64,000 bases of DNA from Auanema rhodensis (Eukaryota > Animalia > Nematoda): positions 4,960,001 to 5,024,000 of the forward strand of contig OZ059900.1 in assembly GCA_964057225.1 (NCBI GenBank), given 5' to 3'. Below the pieces are notes generated by a model that searched no databases, was not told the DNA's origin, and saw nothing but the letters and a program-made list of their open reading frames with translations. A program made the position numbers and the translations under genes. How positions within the stretch are numbered: position 1 is the first letter of the stretch; each line of letters opens with the position of its first letter. Shown here in pieces: positions 63,225 through 64,000 of the stretch.

Positions 63225-64000
63225 AGATGTTGACACTCTTTGAAAATGTGTAATAAATGTTTTGAGAGTATCGTGAAAACAAGTTGGAAAAAAACTTTTT
63301 TTTGGACTTGGAAATTTTTTTTGGACTGTGAGCCATTCGCATGGCTTAATCCTTGAGGAAAGCTACAGCGCTGACAGATTCAATCAAGTTTAAAAAAAAA
63401 TTTTTTTTCAATTCAGATGTTGACACTCTTTGAAAATGTGTAATAAATGTTTTGAGAGTATCGTGAAAACAAGTTGGAAAAAAACTTTTTTTTGGACTTG
63501 GAAATTTTTTTTGGACTGTGAGCCATTCGCATGGCTTAATCCTTGAGGAAAGCTACAGCGCTGACAGATTCAATCAAGTTTAAAAAAAAATTTTTTTTCA
63601 ATTCAGATGTTGACACTCTTTGAAAATGTGTAATAAATGTTTTGAGAGTATCGTGAAAACAAGTTGGAAAAAAACTTTTTTTTGGACTTGGAAATTTTTT
63701 TTGGACTGTGAGCCATTCGCATGGCTTAATCCTTGAGGAAAGCTACAGCGCTGACAGATTCAATCAAGTTTAAAAAAAAATTTTTTTTCAATTCAGATGT
63801 TGACACTCTTTGAAAATGTGTAATAAATGTTTTGAGAGTATCGTGAAAACAAGTTGGAAAAAAACTTTTTTTTGGACTTGGAAATTTTTTTTGGACTGTG
63901 AGCCATTCGCATGGCTTAATCCTTGAGGAAAGCTACAGCGCTGACAGATTCAATCAAGTTTAAAAAAAAATTTTTTTTCAATTCAGATGTTGACACTCTT
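63225..64000. repeat. Run of ~4 identical 190-bp L monomers, same haplotype as 61061-62419, running off the window
   Basis: Exact +190 repetition, with the GACACTCTTTGAAAA, GGA7C and A9T8 haplotype. Confidence 0.92.

Larger units (their letters stand above)
2195..64000. repeat. Satellite B: tandem array of mixed ~190-bp (L) and ~171-bp (S) monomers, about 330 copies, single orientation, open at the right edge
   Basis: The motif GAGAGTATCGTGAAAACAAGTTGG...GGACTGTGAGCCATTCGCATGGCTTAATCCTTGAGGAAAGCTACAGCGCTGACAGATTCAATCAAG repeats continuously. The period is 190 at 61141/61331/61521 and 171-173 at 2401/2573/2746. L has 60/190 G+C. I saw no inversion or unique insertion. Confidence 0.99.

Noticed and set aside
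2195-64000. CRISPR-like array (palindromic repeat at regular spacing)
   Set aside because: The sequence between the palindromes is itself repeated, so there are no unique spacers, and no cas genes or leader are present.
2195-64000. 5S rRNA, tRNA or snRNA tandem gene array; AATAAA signals; intrinsic terminators
   Set aside because: There is no cloverleaf, recognisable 5S/snRNA sequence or convincing Pol III A/B boxes. AATAAA and T-runs are expected at 68% AT, and the T-runs lie upstream of the hairpin on the + strand.

Overview
The window is entirely non-coding tandem satellite DNA from a eukaryote; I cannot assign the taxon. It holds two unrelated head-to-tail arrays joined directly at ~2195. 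Satellite A (1-2195) has an exact 176-bp period, ~35% GC and ~12.5 copies, and continues beyond the left edge. Satellite B (2195-64000) is ~32% GC, has roughly 330 monomers and continues beyond the right edge. B monomers fall into length classes set by the copy number of an internal 19-bp module (TGGAAATTTTTTTTGGACT): ~171 bp (0 copies, S), ~190 bp (1 copy, L) and ~209 bp (2 copies, XL). B is a mosaic of local higher-order repeats (HORs) with different periods (726, 732, 915-916, 1109, 1279, 1699, 1767, 2069 bp, plus 3300- and 3510-bp offsets). It also has four truncated monomers, regional SNP layers and runs of identical 190-mers at the right end. Each B monomer has a ~50-bp GC-richer core rich in dyad symmetries, including a hairpin with wobble-compatible variants and one compensatory double change. 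I find no genes, RNA genes, transposons or CRISPR arrays, and all supplied ORFs are read-throughs of satellite monomers. The organisation fits a (peri)centromeric or other heterochromatic block under active turnover, but function is inference only.
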